Source of the DNA: Azolla caroliniana
Taxonomy: Eukaryota; Plantae; Polypodiophyta
NCBI GenBank assembly: GCA_043228905.1
Contig: JBHGNT010000002.1
Location: forward strand, 14,446,001-14,510,000
Reading direction: 5' to 3'
DNA length: 64,000 nt
Below the pieces are notes generated by a model that saw only the letters and a list, made by a program, of their open reading frames with translations, was not told the DNA's origin and did no database searches. Below, one piece after another: positions 35,084-46,390 of the stretch. The position numbers and the translations under genes were made by a program. How positions within the stretch are numbered: position 1 is the stretch's first letter; each line of letters opens with the position of its first letter.

Positions 35084-38000
35084 ATGGAAGGCGGCGGCAG
35101 CGGGCAGCCGGGGATGATGGTGCTGAATGCGCAGAATTACGCCGACTGGAAGATCAAGATGGAGGATCTTCTTATTGTTCGGGACCTGTACGAACCGATT
35201 GACAGGTCGGAAATACCGAAGGGGGTACTTGAGTCGGAATGGAGGCTTCTGAACCGGAAAGCCGTTGCAACCATTCGGCAATACGTCGATGTAAGTGTTC
35301 TGCAACATGTGGCGAACGACACCAACGCATACGAGATGTGGCGGAAGCTGTCGGGCCTCTACGAGAGGAAGAATGCGTTGAACCGGACCTCCCTGATGAG
35401 GAAGATAGTGAACCTCAAGTACCGGGACGGCGAGAGTATGGTGGAACACGTAAGCACGTTCATGGGATTCGTGAACCAGCTTGCGGCGATCAAGTTCCCG
35501 CTGGAGGATGCAATGCAAGCCATCATTCTGATGTGTACATTGCCGGAAAGTTGGGAGAACTTGGTGGTGACTCTCAGCACCTCCTGCACCGAAGATAACT
35601 TGTCTTTACAAACGGTAAAGACAAGTATTTTGAACGAAGAAGCGCGTCGGAGAGATAAAGAACCGGCCTCCGACTCGAAGGCGCTGCTTACCGAATCGGA
35701 TCGGGGAAGACAATGGAACCGGAGTCCGCAAAGACGGGAGAAGTCGGGGACCCGGTCGCAGTCAAGAGGAAGGCCCACATGCTTCCACTGTGGGAAGCCG
35801 GGGCACTTCCGGAAGAATTGTCGGCATTACCGAAAGGACAACGGAGCCGACGACACCGATTCGAAGAAGTCACCGGAGAGAAACGGTGCATACCGGGGAG
35901 CCACGGACCGGAGGGGTCCGGATCGGCGAGGGCAGGACCGGAAAGGAACGACGGCACTCGCGGCAAGTGAAGAGGAGATCATGCTCATTACCGAAGAGAG
36001 GGAGCTGAACCTTGCCGGTGAAGAGATGACCGGGGTGGTCGATTCCGGAGCATCGTTCCACCTGACCCCGGAGAAGAAATACTTCTCATCCTACACAGCC
36101 GGTGAGCATGGTTGTGTCCGGATGGGAAATGAAGGTACATGCCGGATTGCCGGCATAGGAGACGTGTGGTTAACAACCTCGACCGGATGCAAAATGCTGC
36201 TGAAGGATGTCCGACACGTTCCGGAGGTTCGATTGAACCTGATTTCGGCCGGGAGGCTAGACGATGAAGGCTACACAGGTAGCATCCGGAACGGTGTCAT
36301 GAAGTTCAGCAAAGGAAGCCTGATAGTGGCTCGGGCCCGGAAGATCAACACGCTGTACCTGATGAATTCCCGGCTATGTCCGGAAGAGCTGAATGTGGCA
36401 GCCGACACTGCCGGTGAGCTATGGCACAAGAGACTGTGCCACATGAGCGAGAAGGGGATGAAGAGGCTTGCAGAAGACAACCTCATCCCAGTGAAGCATG
36501 TGCACCTGGAGAAGTGCACCGATTGCCTGGCCGGTAAGCAGAACCGAACCTCCTTCCACTCAAGGCCACCGACGAGACGTAGTGCACCATTGGAGTTGGT
36601 GCACACTGACGTGTGTCAAGTAGAAACGAAGTCACATGGCGGAGCCCAGTACTTCGTGACATTCATCGATGACCACAGCCGGAAGCTGTGGACGGCACCG
36701 TTGAAGACAAAGGACCAAGTATTGTCCGTCTTCAAAGAACTCCACGCGAGAGTGGAAAGAGAATCCGGCAAGAAGCTGAAAGCGATACGAGCGGATAACG
36801 GAGGGGAATACCGGGGGCAGTTCGCGGAGTACTGTCGCTCGAAGGGAATCCGGCTCGAGTTTACTGTGCCGAAGACGCCGGAACTAAACGGGCTGGCCGA
36901 GAGGATGAACCGGACCATAATGGAGAGGGTCCGGAGTATGCTGGCGCATGCGAAATTACCCAAGGGGTTTTGGGCTGGGGCAATGTCGACGGCGACATAC
37001 GTGATTAACAGATCACCCTCAGTACCTTTGGACGGAGACACGCCGCAGAGAGTGTGGACCGGTAGGGAAGTGTCCTACCGGCATCTGAAGGTGTTCGGGT
37101 GTCTCGCATACGTGCATGTGGCAAAGGACCGGAGAGGAAAGCTAGATCCAAAGACCCGGCCATGCATATTCCTCGGTTACGGCGACGACGAGTTCGGCTA
37201 CCGAGTATGGGACCCGGTCGACAAGAAGATATTCAGGAGTCGAGACATCATCTTCATGGAGGACAAGACACTCGCCGACTGGGAGTCGGAGAAGAAGATG
37301 AAGAGCTCCAAGTCGACCGGTGAGGATCAACTCTACGAGGAGCAGTCCCGACCGGCAAGGGACCGGTTAGCACTCGAAGATCCGGCCGAAGACGGTGAAG
37401 AAATAGAACCGGCCGAAGAAGATGAAAATGATACCGGAACCGGCCCCGATCCCGAAATGGATTCGGATGAAGAAGAATCGGAAGAACCGGTTACCGAAGC
37501 TCCGGAACGAAGATATCCTCTAAGAGAGAGAAGGGCCCCCCGGAGATTTCCGGAACCAGAGCACGTGCTGCTAACCGACGAGGGGGAGCCGGAGAGCTTT
37601 GAAGAAGCAAAGCATGACACCCAGAGCCGCAGGTGGTTGAGTGCCATGCAGGACGAGATGGATTCCCTGCATGAGAACCACACATATGAACTTGTGGAGT
37701 TGCCGAAAGGAAAACGGGCACTCCGTAACAAGTGGGTGTTCAAGCTGAAACCGGGAGATGCCGAAAACCCCCCGAGATACAAAGCCAGGATCGTGGTGAA
37801 GGGGTTTCAGCAGAAGAAGGGCGTCGACTTCGACGAGATATTTGCCCCGGTAGTGAAGATGACCTCCATCCGGACGGTGCTGAGCATAGCGGCAAGCATG
37901 GACCTCGAGGTAGAACAGATGGACGTGAAGACGGCATTCCTTCACGGTGACCTCGAAGAAGAGATCTACATGCAGCAACCGGAAGGATTCGAGAAGAAAG

Positions 38001-39157
38001 GAAAGGAGCACCTGGTATGCCGGTTGAAGAAGAGCCTTTACGGACTGAAGCAGGCTCCCCGGCAGTGGTACCGGAAGTTCGACTCCTTCATGACCGACGA
38101 AGGGTACCACAAGACGCAGTCTGACCACTGCGTGTTTGTGAAGAAGTTCGAAGGAGGAGACTTTCTAATACTCCTCCTGTACGTGGACGACATGTTGATC
38201 GTCGGACGGGACCAGGTCAAGATACGGATGCTGAAGAAGGCTCTTCACCGAACCTTCTCAATGAAGGACCTGGGTCCGGCGAGGCAAATACTAGGGATGC
38301 ACATCATCCGGGACCGGAAGAAGAAGCAGTTGTGGCTGTCACAAGAGAAGTACGTGACAAAGGTGCTTCACCGGTTCAACATGTCGGAAGCAAGACCGGT
38401 CGGGTCAACCCTCCCGGCAAACTGCAAGTTGTCCAGCAAGCAAAGCCCCAAGACAAAGGCTGAGAAGGAGGACATGATGAAAGTACCATATGCCTCTGCC
38501 GTCGGGAGCTTGATGTACGCAATGGTGTGTACAAGACCGGACATAGGATATGCAGTCGGAGTGGTGAGCCGGTACATGAGCAATCCCGGCAAAGAGCACT
38601 GGAACGCGGTCAAGTGGATACTCCGATACCTAAAGGGTACGGCAAACGTGTGCCTCCGATTCGGCTCCGGTAAGCCCGAACTTGATGGCTTTACCGATTC
38701 GGATATGTCGGCTGATGCAGATACCAGCCGGTCCACATCAGGGTATGTGATGACGTATGCAGGGGGAGCTGTTTCGTGGCAGTCGAGGCTGCAGAAGACG
38801 GTTGCGTTGTCAACCACGGAGGCGGAGTACATGGCGGCTGTTGAAGCCGGCAAGGAAATAATATGGATGAAGGACTTCATTAGAGAGCTCGGTATCCGGC
38901 AGGAGGAGTATCGACTCTACTGCGACAGTCAGAGTGCCATCCACCTTGCGAAGAACGCGGCCTATCACTCCCGGACGAAGCACATCCAGCGAAGATATCA
39001 CTGGATCCGGGAAAGGATAGAAGATCAGGAGTTCGTGCTGACGAAGATCCACATGGACGAGAACGGGTCGGATATGCTGACCAAGGTGCTCACACCCGAC
39101 AAGCTGGAAGCATGCCGGAAGAGGATCGGATTGGAGAGACATCCCATGCCGAAGTGA
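35084..39157 (+). CDS. Uninterrupted Copia gag-pol polyprotein (about 1357 aa)
   Basis: Single ORF with CFHCGKPGHFRKNC, VVDSGASFH, LWHKRLCHMSEKG, RADNGGEY, QMDVKTAFLHG, LYVDDMLIVG, FTDSDM, SDMLTK. Confidence 0.97.
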   Translation: MEGGGSGQPGMMVLNAQNYADWKIKMEDLLIVRDLYEPIDRSEIPKGVLESEWRLLNRKAVATIRQYVDVSVLQHVANDTNAYEMWRKLSGLYERKNALNRTSLMRKIVNLKYRDGESMVEHVSTFMGFVNQLAAIKFPLEDAMQAIILMCTLPESWENLVVTLSTSCTEDNLSLQTVKTSILNEEARRRDKEPASDSKALLTESDRGRQWNRSPQRREKSGTRSQSRGRPTCFHCGKPGHFRKNCRHYRKDNGADDTDSKKSPERNGAYRGATDRRGPDRRGQDRKGTTALAASEEEIMLITEERELNLAGEEMTGVVDSGASFHLTPEKKYFSSYTAGEHGCVRMGNEGTCRIAGIGDVWLTTSTGCKMLLKDVRHVPEVRLNLISAGRLDDEGYTGSIRNGVMKFSKGSLIVARARKINTLYLMNSRLCPEELNVAADTAGELWHKRLCHMSEKGMKRLAEDNLIPVKHVHLEKCTDCLAGKQNRTSFHSRPPTRRSAPLELVHTDVCQVETKSHGGAQYFVTFIDDHSRKLWTAPLKTKDQVLSVFKELHARVERESGKKLKAIRADNGGEYRGQFAEYCRSKGIRLEFTVPKTPELNGLAERMNRTIMERVRSMLAHAKLPKGFWAGAMSTATYVINRSPSVPLDGDTPQRVWTGREVSYRHLKVFGCLAYVHVAKDRRGKLDPKTRPCIFLGYGDDEFGYRVWDPVDKKIFRSRDIIFMEDKTLADWESEKKMKSSKSTGEDQLYEEQSRPARDRLALEDPAEDGEEIEPAEEDENDTGTGPDPEMDSDEEESEEPVTEAPERRYPLRERRAPRRFPEPEHVLLTDEGEPESFEEAKHDTQSRRWLSAMQDEMDSLHENHTYELVELPKGKRALRNKWVFKLKPGDAENPPRYKARIVVKGFQQKKGVDFDEIFAPVVKMTSIRTVLSIAASMDLEVEQMDVKTAFLHGDLEEEIYMQQPEGFEKKGKEHLVCRLKKSLYGLKQAPRQWYRKFDSFMTDEGYHKTQSDHCVFVKKFEGGDFLILLLYVDDMLIVGRDQVKIRMLKKALHRTFSMKDLGPARQILGMHIIRDRKKKQLWLSQEKYVTKVLHRFNMSEARPVGSTLPANCKLSSKQSPKTKAEKEDMMKVPYASAVGSLMYAMVCTRPDIGYAVGVVSRYMSNPGKEHWNAVKWILRYLKGTANVCLRFGSGKPELDGFTDSDMSADADTSRSTSGYVMTYAGGAVSWQSRLQKTVALSTTEAEYMAAVEAGKEIIWMKDFIRELGIRQEEYRLYCDSQSAIHLAKNAAYHSRTKHIQRRYHWIRERIEDQEFVLTKIHMDENGSDMLTKVLTPDKLEACRKRIGLERHPMPK

Positions 39158-42100
39158 AGGGGGAGTTTGTTGGGATTTTTCGGTCCCTCCGGATGGGATG
39201 TCCGGAGATGAATGACGGCAAGCCCGGTTACGGTTACGGAACCGGATGAAGATACAGGTCCGGTGAGCGCACTCTCCGGATGATGAAGAATACCCGGTAT
39301 GAAGCCGGATGAAGAGTACCCGGATACGGATCCGGATGATGAAGTACCCGGATACGGATCCGGATGATGAAGACCCCGGCTACGGAGCCGGATGACGAAG
39401 ACCCGGCTACGGAGCCGGATGATGAATGTACCCGGAGAGAGATCCGGATGCGGGGACATATTTATAAATATGTTTGCCAAGAGCCCTTGAGGCTATATGT
39501 GTAAATAGTCCGAAAGTCATATGTGTATAAATATGACTTAGGGCAAACAGTTTTTGTTGCTGATTATTTTTTCTGTTTTCACTTAGAGAGAGTGAAGAGA
39601 GCAGCCGAGAGAGAGAGAGAGAGAGAGAGAGACGAGGAGGTCGTTGCCTCTGTGTATTACCGCCGCCTGTGGCGAAGATAGTGAGCTTAAGGTTGTTGCC
39701 TTGAAGCTTCACCATTGTACATCTCTGTTCATAGTGATAGTTGGAGTTTGAGGACTCCCGTGGTTTTTCCCATTTAGGGTTTTCCACGTAAAATATCCTG
39801 TGTACTCTTCTCTCTACTGTCTTAGTGTACTTTGTATTTCCTATTTTCTGTGAGTTAATCCTATTTGTCGGTTGTGGCCGAGCACTGTGTGCAACACTTT
39901 CTTCAACCGCGCTTCGAAAAGGTTCTCCAACACCAGTGGCCAGAATCCGGAATCCTTCTCTTTACGGGCCTTGTCACCCCCGACCCGGATTCCCGCCGAT
40001 GCCGCATAGTTCGCTGCCTCCGCGTGTCGTGCGGCGGCCTCCTCCATCAGTCGCTTCATTCCGCCATGCCCCGTATTCAGCTCCAAGGCTCTGCGGGTTT
40101 CGCTTGCATACACCCGTCCGTTCGAGAGGTACACTACGTTGGCTCTGAGCGCCCCAGCGAAATCCGCGCAGTCTTTCCGAATATGACCGGTCGCGTCACA
40201 CCACATGCACCGTTGCAATGCAGGTGGCCTCCGGTCGCGGGGCGGTTCGCTACTGTCCCTTCGTGCCTGCGCGATCTGCAGGTCCCGCACCATTTGCGTT
40301 AACTCCTCCAGGGCCGCACCTCCGGAAGACCCTTTAACCTGGTCGTTCGAGGTCGACCCCTTCTCTAGCCAGGGTCGGGTCTCTTCCCTCCTTGCCGACG
40401 CCGATACCGACACCTCAGGTCTTCGTACTGGGGCCTTCGGGGCCCCGTCGCTCCACTCATGTCGTTTGTCAAAACGGCTGCAGACCCGTTTAACCACGGC
40501 CCAATCTGCCGTGAGCCCTTCGTCCGTCTCCAATAGGAGACCCACCTTTTCTCTGTCAAGCGCGTCCACCGACTTGACAAACAGTAGTACTCGACTCGTC
40601 TCCAGTATGGTCTGATCCAGCGTCGACAGCCGCGTGAACCGTTTTTCGAATTCCTGGAGGAGCGTCGTCGTGTTCCTCCCTTTTCCGGGGCTTTCAACCC
40701 ATGCCATGAAGTCTCGTCTCGACAGCCGAAGTGAGTCGTCTAACCCGTATCTCTCGAGGATCCGCAGCTCGAACTCCTCCCATGTCTGGCAACCGGCCAG
40801 CACCTCGAGCACCTCCGCGTGGATGCTCGGTGCCACCACCCGAGGAAATCCGGACAGCCACCTGTCCGTCGGTATGTCCCTCATGATCATTTCGGCCCGG
40901 TAGGCCTCCAAATAGCTCGTGGCATCCTTCCCTCCGAACCGGCCTATAGTGCCAACGACCGACTCAATGGCTCTGTCGAGAGCACCCGTTCCCTCCCGAG
41001 CATTTACTAGCCGGTTGACAGCTACCGCCATAGCTTCGGCAAGCTCAGACCCTCTCATTATCACTCCTCTGCCGCCTGTTCACGTCGGGTTCACCAAAGA
41101 TGTCGCGGTCTTCCGCGGGTACGTGTAGGAACAGAGGCGGGACCACGGGGGTCTCGAACCAAGGAGAGAGTGAGAGTGAGAACGAAGAAGATGGAGGAGA
41201 AGAGCAGGCCGGTGTGTATTCGTGTGTGTGTGTGTGTGTGAAAGACCGACTGCACAAGAGACGAGGGAGACAACAAGAGCAAGAAAGGACGAGACTGCTA
41301 GACTTCAATTAAACAGAGAATACAAACTGTCATTTACAACCGGCACGCCGGTAAGGGTCCCAACATGGGTCCCACTCACGCACCCACAGGAGCAGAATGT
41401 CACAGAAGAGGAGTGTCTTTGCCGGAAGCACACGGGCTGTCCACGGAGCAGAGACAGCGAACTCCCGACGGATCACGACCTCTGCGCCCAAATCCGCGAC
41501 CTCGAAGCAGCAGCAGAACAGGGAGCCTCTGCCGGAAGCACTCGGGCTTCCCACGCAGTAGAAACGACGAATCCCCAGGCTCTGCAGCGTCCGACGATCT
41601 TCTCTCCAGGAAAGAAGAGCCTCTTCGCAGTTCGACAGCACTTCGTCCTCGCCAAGTCGCGATACCTTCTTCTTCCCCGTCCTCCTCCTTTTATATGTCC
41701 AGACGGAGCCGTTCGGCATTAAATTTCTACCTACCGTATCTAACCACTTCGATCCTCCTAGGTACCTAATCCCTCTCTATGTACAACTTGGCGCGCACAC
41801 GCGTGAAGAGCCGGTTCCCACGCCTTGGTGCCCCAATTCCACCCTTGGACGGTTTTCTTCACGACAGCGCTCTGATACCATGTAGAAAGTAGCGTGCGGA
41901 AGCAAGTATGAAGACAGAACAGAAGGAAGAACACTCAGGTTTAATGGAGAGCTTGAGCTTACGCAGTATACGCGGGAGAGACAGAGAGAGTGAGAGAGAA
42001 GACAAAAAATATATAACAGAAGTACACAATCTCTATTCAGCACTCTATACATATGTGTGTTCAATGAACACTTTTATACAAGTCCTAGAAGGACTGACCG

Positions 42101-42676
42101 AAGTACTGACAGTACTTCAATGCTCATTAAGTGCTCCTACACTAACTCCCAAATATATTCCTCACGGAATATCTTTCCTAACGACCTCCCGGTTTACGCA
42201 CTCGGCCTAACCGATCGGTCCCAACCGATCCGGTCCTCGGCTTCTTCAACCGATCCGGCCGATGTTGAGCTTGTCTCTCAACAATACGCGATTTGGAAGT
42301 GACCATCGGGGGTCACACATTTTGCATTTCCGCAATTATAGTTCTCCAGCTACAAGCTCAGGGGGCTTACCCACTATTGTTAGGATGGCCCTGGTTAAAA
42401 ACGGCACACATAAAGCAAAACTGGAGGAAGAACATAATTACGTTCCGGCGTGGAAAAGCGAAAGTACGAGTACCGACTCAACCACGATCCGGTACTGGCA
42501 AGGAATCAACACCGCTATATGCGGAATCTGTTAACATGTTGGAAGGATTGGCGGACGAAGAGGTCGATCAATACTTACAGGAAAATCCGAAGATCGTACC
42601 TTTGTTCGAGATTGATGTAGCTGAAGCAGTATCACCGCTTGTGATCACGGTGCAGTCGTTCAAAATTCTCCGTCTT

Positions 42677-44503
42677 CTACTTCAGCTTTCGGTTTATTTG
42701 GCGTCGGGTGTGGTCTTCCCGGTCTTTCTGCTGCCCGAGTTCTTCTTTGAGCCGCTCGATTTCGGTTTCCGCCAATCGCCGAAGCTTATCCTTCTCTTGT
42801 AGGATCTTCTCCTTTTCTTCCGTGAACCGGTCATTTAATTGGCAGCTTTTCCGAAGGTTTTCTTTGATTCTTCGTTTCTCCTCCTCCTCTGCCTTCTTCT
42901 GCTCTCGTTCTCTAGCCCTCAAGGCCTCCTAGGCTTCTAACTCCTCCCTGAGAGTAGAGAGTTCTTGCTCCCGTGTAATACTTGTGTCTGGTGCTGTGGG
43001 AGCTACCGACGTATTATTTATTTGTTTAGTCACTGGTGCCACCTGTTCTGGTCCTATCGGCCCTAGACTGACCTGTCTAGCCACGTCTGCTTTGGCCTTC
43101 TCAACTTCTTTCTCCATGCTCTGGATCCTTGACCGGGCCTTCTCGAGTTCTTTGGTTGTGGCGAACAACCGATCCCATTGTGCTCTCTCTTGCACTTCAA
43201 TTTGGCTTACAACCCCGGCCACCTGCTCTCCGATCCATCGCAGCCATTGACTGCCGATGCCTTGTTGCCTTGCCAGTTCCGGTGGCGGTGTTGGCTCTGC
43301 TCTCACCACAACCCCTTGTTGTATTGTTGTCTCTAGCAGAAACTCCTTCTCTTGTTGTGCCTGTCGACCCGGTGAGATTGGTACTTCTATTACCATTACT
43401 AGCCAAACAAGCACAGATTCCTTCCTTGGCTTTGGTTCCTCAGAGCGGGGTGTCGGTGTGTTGTCCTTTACCGGACCCGATTCGTCGTCCTTCTGCTCTG
43501 CGTCGCTTCTCTTCTGGCAATGTAGGAGAATGTCAGCCGGTTCTTCCTCTACCTCCTCCTCTTGGGTTCCAATGTGTATCCCTTGAGCCAAGTTAGGCAG
43601 CTCTTGCTCTTGCCAGCACAATTTGATTTTAAGAGGCCTAACCGGTTGCTCTACCGGTGCCTCTGTCTCCGCCTGTTGCTTCTGACTGGGCTGCTCCTTT
43701 TCTTTCTATGATGAACCTCCCTCTGTCCAACCGGGAGTGTGCTTGGCAAGGAGTTGTTGCCGCTTCGAGGGCTTGTTTGGCGTCGTATAAGCCGTTCGGC
43801 CCTGCTTCTTTGTTGTTAATGTCGGCACCGACGGTACCAGGAGAGTGAGCCATTGAGCAATTGTTGTCCACACCTTCTTGCCGTCTACCAACGATTGTAT
43901 GGATGCTTGCCAACAATCAGCGATGATTACCAGCCAATCCACCTTTACCCCTTCATATGTGGCGATGATGAATCTGGCTTTGTTCTTTGGCATTGCCGAG
44001 GTTCGGGGGTGCACGAACCCATACTCGTGGAGCACACGAGGTACTTCTTGGAACAAGGCGTCGTCACCGCCTTGTGTTCGGTACGCTTTGCTGGCCAGGG
44101 AGTACTCACCGAAGAGCTTCTTCATCATCTCCGGGGAAGGATTCTCAATGGAGTAGATCCCTCCCTCCGGCAATCCGATGAAGGCGCGGATAGCCTCCTC
44201 TGTGATTACTTCTAGCTCGATCTTCTTCGCGACTTTTTCCGCTTCTTCGTGCGGAGGTGCCTCTGCTATCCATAGGAAGCCCTCCAAGCCATGTTGAGTG
44301 AACCATTTCTTGGCAGTCTCGTAATGCGCCATGGGCTCCAGCATGTCGTCTGTTTCGGTGGTGGTGGAGAGCTTTGGTGTGCCTATGGTAGCTTCTTGCA
44401 TTCGCCTAATCACCCGTATCCGCCTTTGTGTGCTAAGTTCTCTGTGTTCGCAAAATGAGAGAGACTCTGTTATGCAGAGGTTTTGTGTTCCCATCTTTGT
44501 CAC
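42677..44503 (-). pseudogene. Antisense accessory ORF of the Tat-like element (globular N-terminus, low-complexity middle, coiled-coil C-terminus)
   Basis: ORF pieces 43706-44503, 42929-43621 and 42677-42922; ITEEAIRAFIGLPEGG and ARFIIATYEGVKVDW; E/K/R-rich tail. Position is typical of Tat/Retand 3' antisense ORFs. Confidence 0.6.
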
Positions 44504-44629
44504 CTTTTCTCGATTCCCGCGTATGCACGTTGTATGCTTTAATAGTGGCTGTGTGACGCGTGGTGTGCTTTAAATGGCTAACGTCACACCGTTTCGAGGT
44601 GTCCGTTCATTTTTTTAATGGCCTTCTTT

Positions 44630-44844
44630 CCATTCATTCCCCATAAGGGGGGTTAAATAGTTACACAAGGGTAGATACACAAGGGTGCAAGTCCCCTTGG
44701 GCATTCACACCTAGTCACTCACTCACACCTCTTTGTATCCACCACACTCACACTTACATTCACACTCATAATTGTATAACATTACACATACATTACATCT
44801 TTCACCCTCACTTATCAATCACCCGTACATCTCGTACGGTAACA
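44630..44844 (-). repeat. Truncated LTR (U3 to TATA) related to the non-autonomous family
   Basis: Minus strand reads TGTTACCGTACGAGATGTACGGG...TG-rich...TATTTAACCCCCCTTATGGGGAATG, paralleling TGTTACCCGTAAGAATATACGGG...TATATAAACCCCTTATGGGG. Confidence 0.75.
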
Positions 44845-46353
44845 TTGACAATGCATCTAATCGTGTTAGCTTGGGTCACATTCTAGAGACTAAATTCCCA
44901 AGTCTTGTATGGACTCCTTGTGCATCACATTGTCTAGATTTATTGCTAGAGGAAATTGGGAAGTTGTCTTGGGTTTGTCAAGTGCACAAGAGAGCAAATT
45001 ATGTGGTTAAACTATTCACCAAGAAAAGGAATGCGCGAAAAAATTTCAACAACTATTCGTCTCTTCTACTTCTTAGGCCAAGTGCCACTTGATTTGGCTA
45101 CATTCTTATTGTCCTTGAGAGGCTTGCAAGAGTTTGGAGAGCCCTTGAACAAAAATTTGGTTACTAACTATTGGGAGGATTGGAGTGACCCCAAAAAGGC
45201 AGATGCTCTCAACGTGAATTTCTATGTAGTATGTACAATTGCTATTGATTGCATCTTTTTCATTTCTTTGAATCATTGTTATCATCTATGTTATGCATAT
45301 TTCCAGTAACTGATTTCTATATTATGCAGATATTTATGTTAACGCAGATATAAAGAGGTTTTGGAATGCTTTGATTGTCGTTGGTCATGGTTCAAAAAGC
45401 CAATTCATATTGTTGCACATATTTTGCATCCTTTATGGAAGCCCAAAGATAAACCAATAGTTATGAATGCAGAGATGACAGATGGATGGCTTGGCTATAT
45501 TCAAAAGGTATATTCTATAGATGAATGTGAAATCTTACAAGATCAATTTGACATGTATAAAAATGGCGTGGGCTGATTTAGCAATGAACTATCAAAATCA
45601 CACATTGCAATATGTAAACCTGTCTCATGGTGGGAAAGATATGGGGACAATGTGCCTTTACTACAATCATTAGCTTGTAGAGTATTGTCTCAGGTATTAT
45701 AGTTTTTTATTTATTGTTTCAATGTTATTAATCTTCTACAATGACATATGTTCATGTTGTTTGTTGAATACTGTGTGGCATAGGATTGCTCTTGTAGATT
45801 TGCTGAAAGAAATTGGAATGCACAAGCATTGGCACATACAAAAAGGAGGAATCGTTTGAAGGTGAAACAAGTGGAGGAGAGATTAGTATATGTTAGAGAA
45901 AACTTAAGGCTTGTTCAGAGCGTCCAAACTCATGTTGGTCTTCCAATGCAAGTCTACATCTTTGTTACCCGTAAGAATATACGGGGAGGCATAAGGGTAT
46001 GTGTAATGATGTGGTTGATGTGTATGTGTAAAGTAAATGAGTGTCTGAGGATGAGTATGTGTGAGCACATGCACAATTATGTGCATGTGACAAGAGTGTA
46101 ACGGTCATTATTTACCGTTACATTATGTATTATATAAACCCCTTATGGGGCTTCTAATGAATATACAATTTTCCCCTCTTATTTTGTGTCATTTTCAATT
46201 TGTCTTTCTCTCTAGCTCTCTCACTATCGTAACCCCCTTGGGAGGGGGGGAGGGGGGTGAAGCCTAGAACCCCAACAACACTTTTGGCACGCCTGAACAA
46301 CTGACCTCCCTTGAGCGGAAGTCTATCCTCACTTTCCCTCTTCGTCACTAATC

Positions 46354-46390
<37 letters not shown>

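Larger units (their letters stand above)
34320..39896 (+). mobile_element. Young full-length Tnt1/Tork-like Copia element
   Basis: LTRs at 34320-35052 and 39168-39896 differ by about 2 substitutions and (GA)n length. TSD CTTTC. PBS TAGTATCAGAGC (iMet, one mismatch) at 35056-35067; PPT GAAGGGGGAG at 39156-39165. Confidence 0.97.
33356..41064 (-). pseudogene. Gypsy copy 1 gag-protease (41064-39902 plus 34319-33356), split by an intact Copia
   Basis: CMWCDATGHIRKDC knuckle; ALVDHGSEIN protease; ends GAG GAT TTT TAG. Confidence 0.9.
28215..41866 (-). mobile_element. tRNA-Trp-primed Gypsy element (Phygy/Selgy/Ylt1-like), copy 1
   Basis: LTRs at 41101-41866 and 28215-28982 (TGTCG...CGACA); 4-bp TSD GCGC; PBS TGGTGAACCCGACGTGAA at 41096-41079; domain order gag-PR / RT-RH-INT. 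Confidence 0.93.
22944..42283 (-). mobile_element. Full-length Copia element G with a Gypsy element nested at its PBS
   Basis: LTRs at 41881-42283 (5') and 22944-23332 (3') differ by about 4 substitutions and a 14-bp indel. TSD ATACG at 22939-22943 and 42284-42288. iMet PBS at 41880-41868; PPT GAAGGGGAG at 23341-23333. Confidence 0.95.
20098..44630 (+). mobile_element. Tat/Ogre-like (non-chromovirus) Gypsy element: 5' LTR, PBS, gag-PR, no RT/RH/INT, antisense 3' ORF; 3' LTR missing; contains a 19.3-kb nested block
   Basis: LTR TGTTA...TAACA at 20098-20545. CAGTTTT-TGGCGACCAC PBS at 20553-20562 matches the recalled tRNA-Arg(UCG) 3' end. gag has CCHC knuckles; protease IIDGGSGVNVI is split at TSD ATACG. 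Confidence 0.75.

Noticed and set aside
42677-44503. env-like gene
   Set aside because: Antisense to gag, with no evident signal peptide or transmembrane segment.
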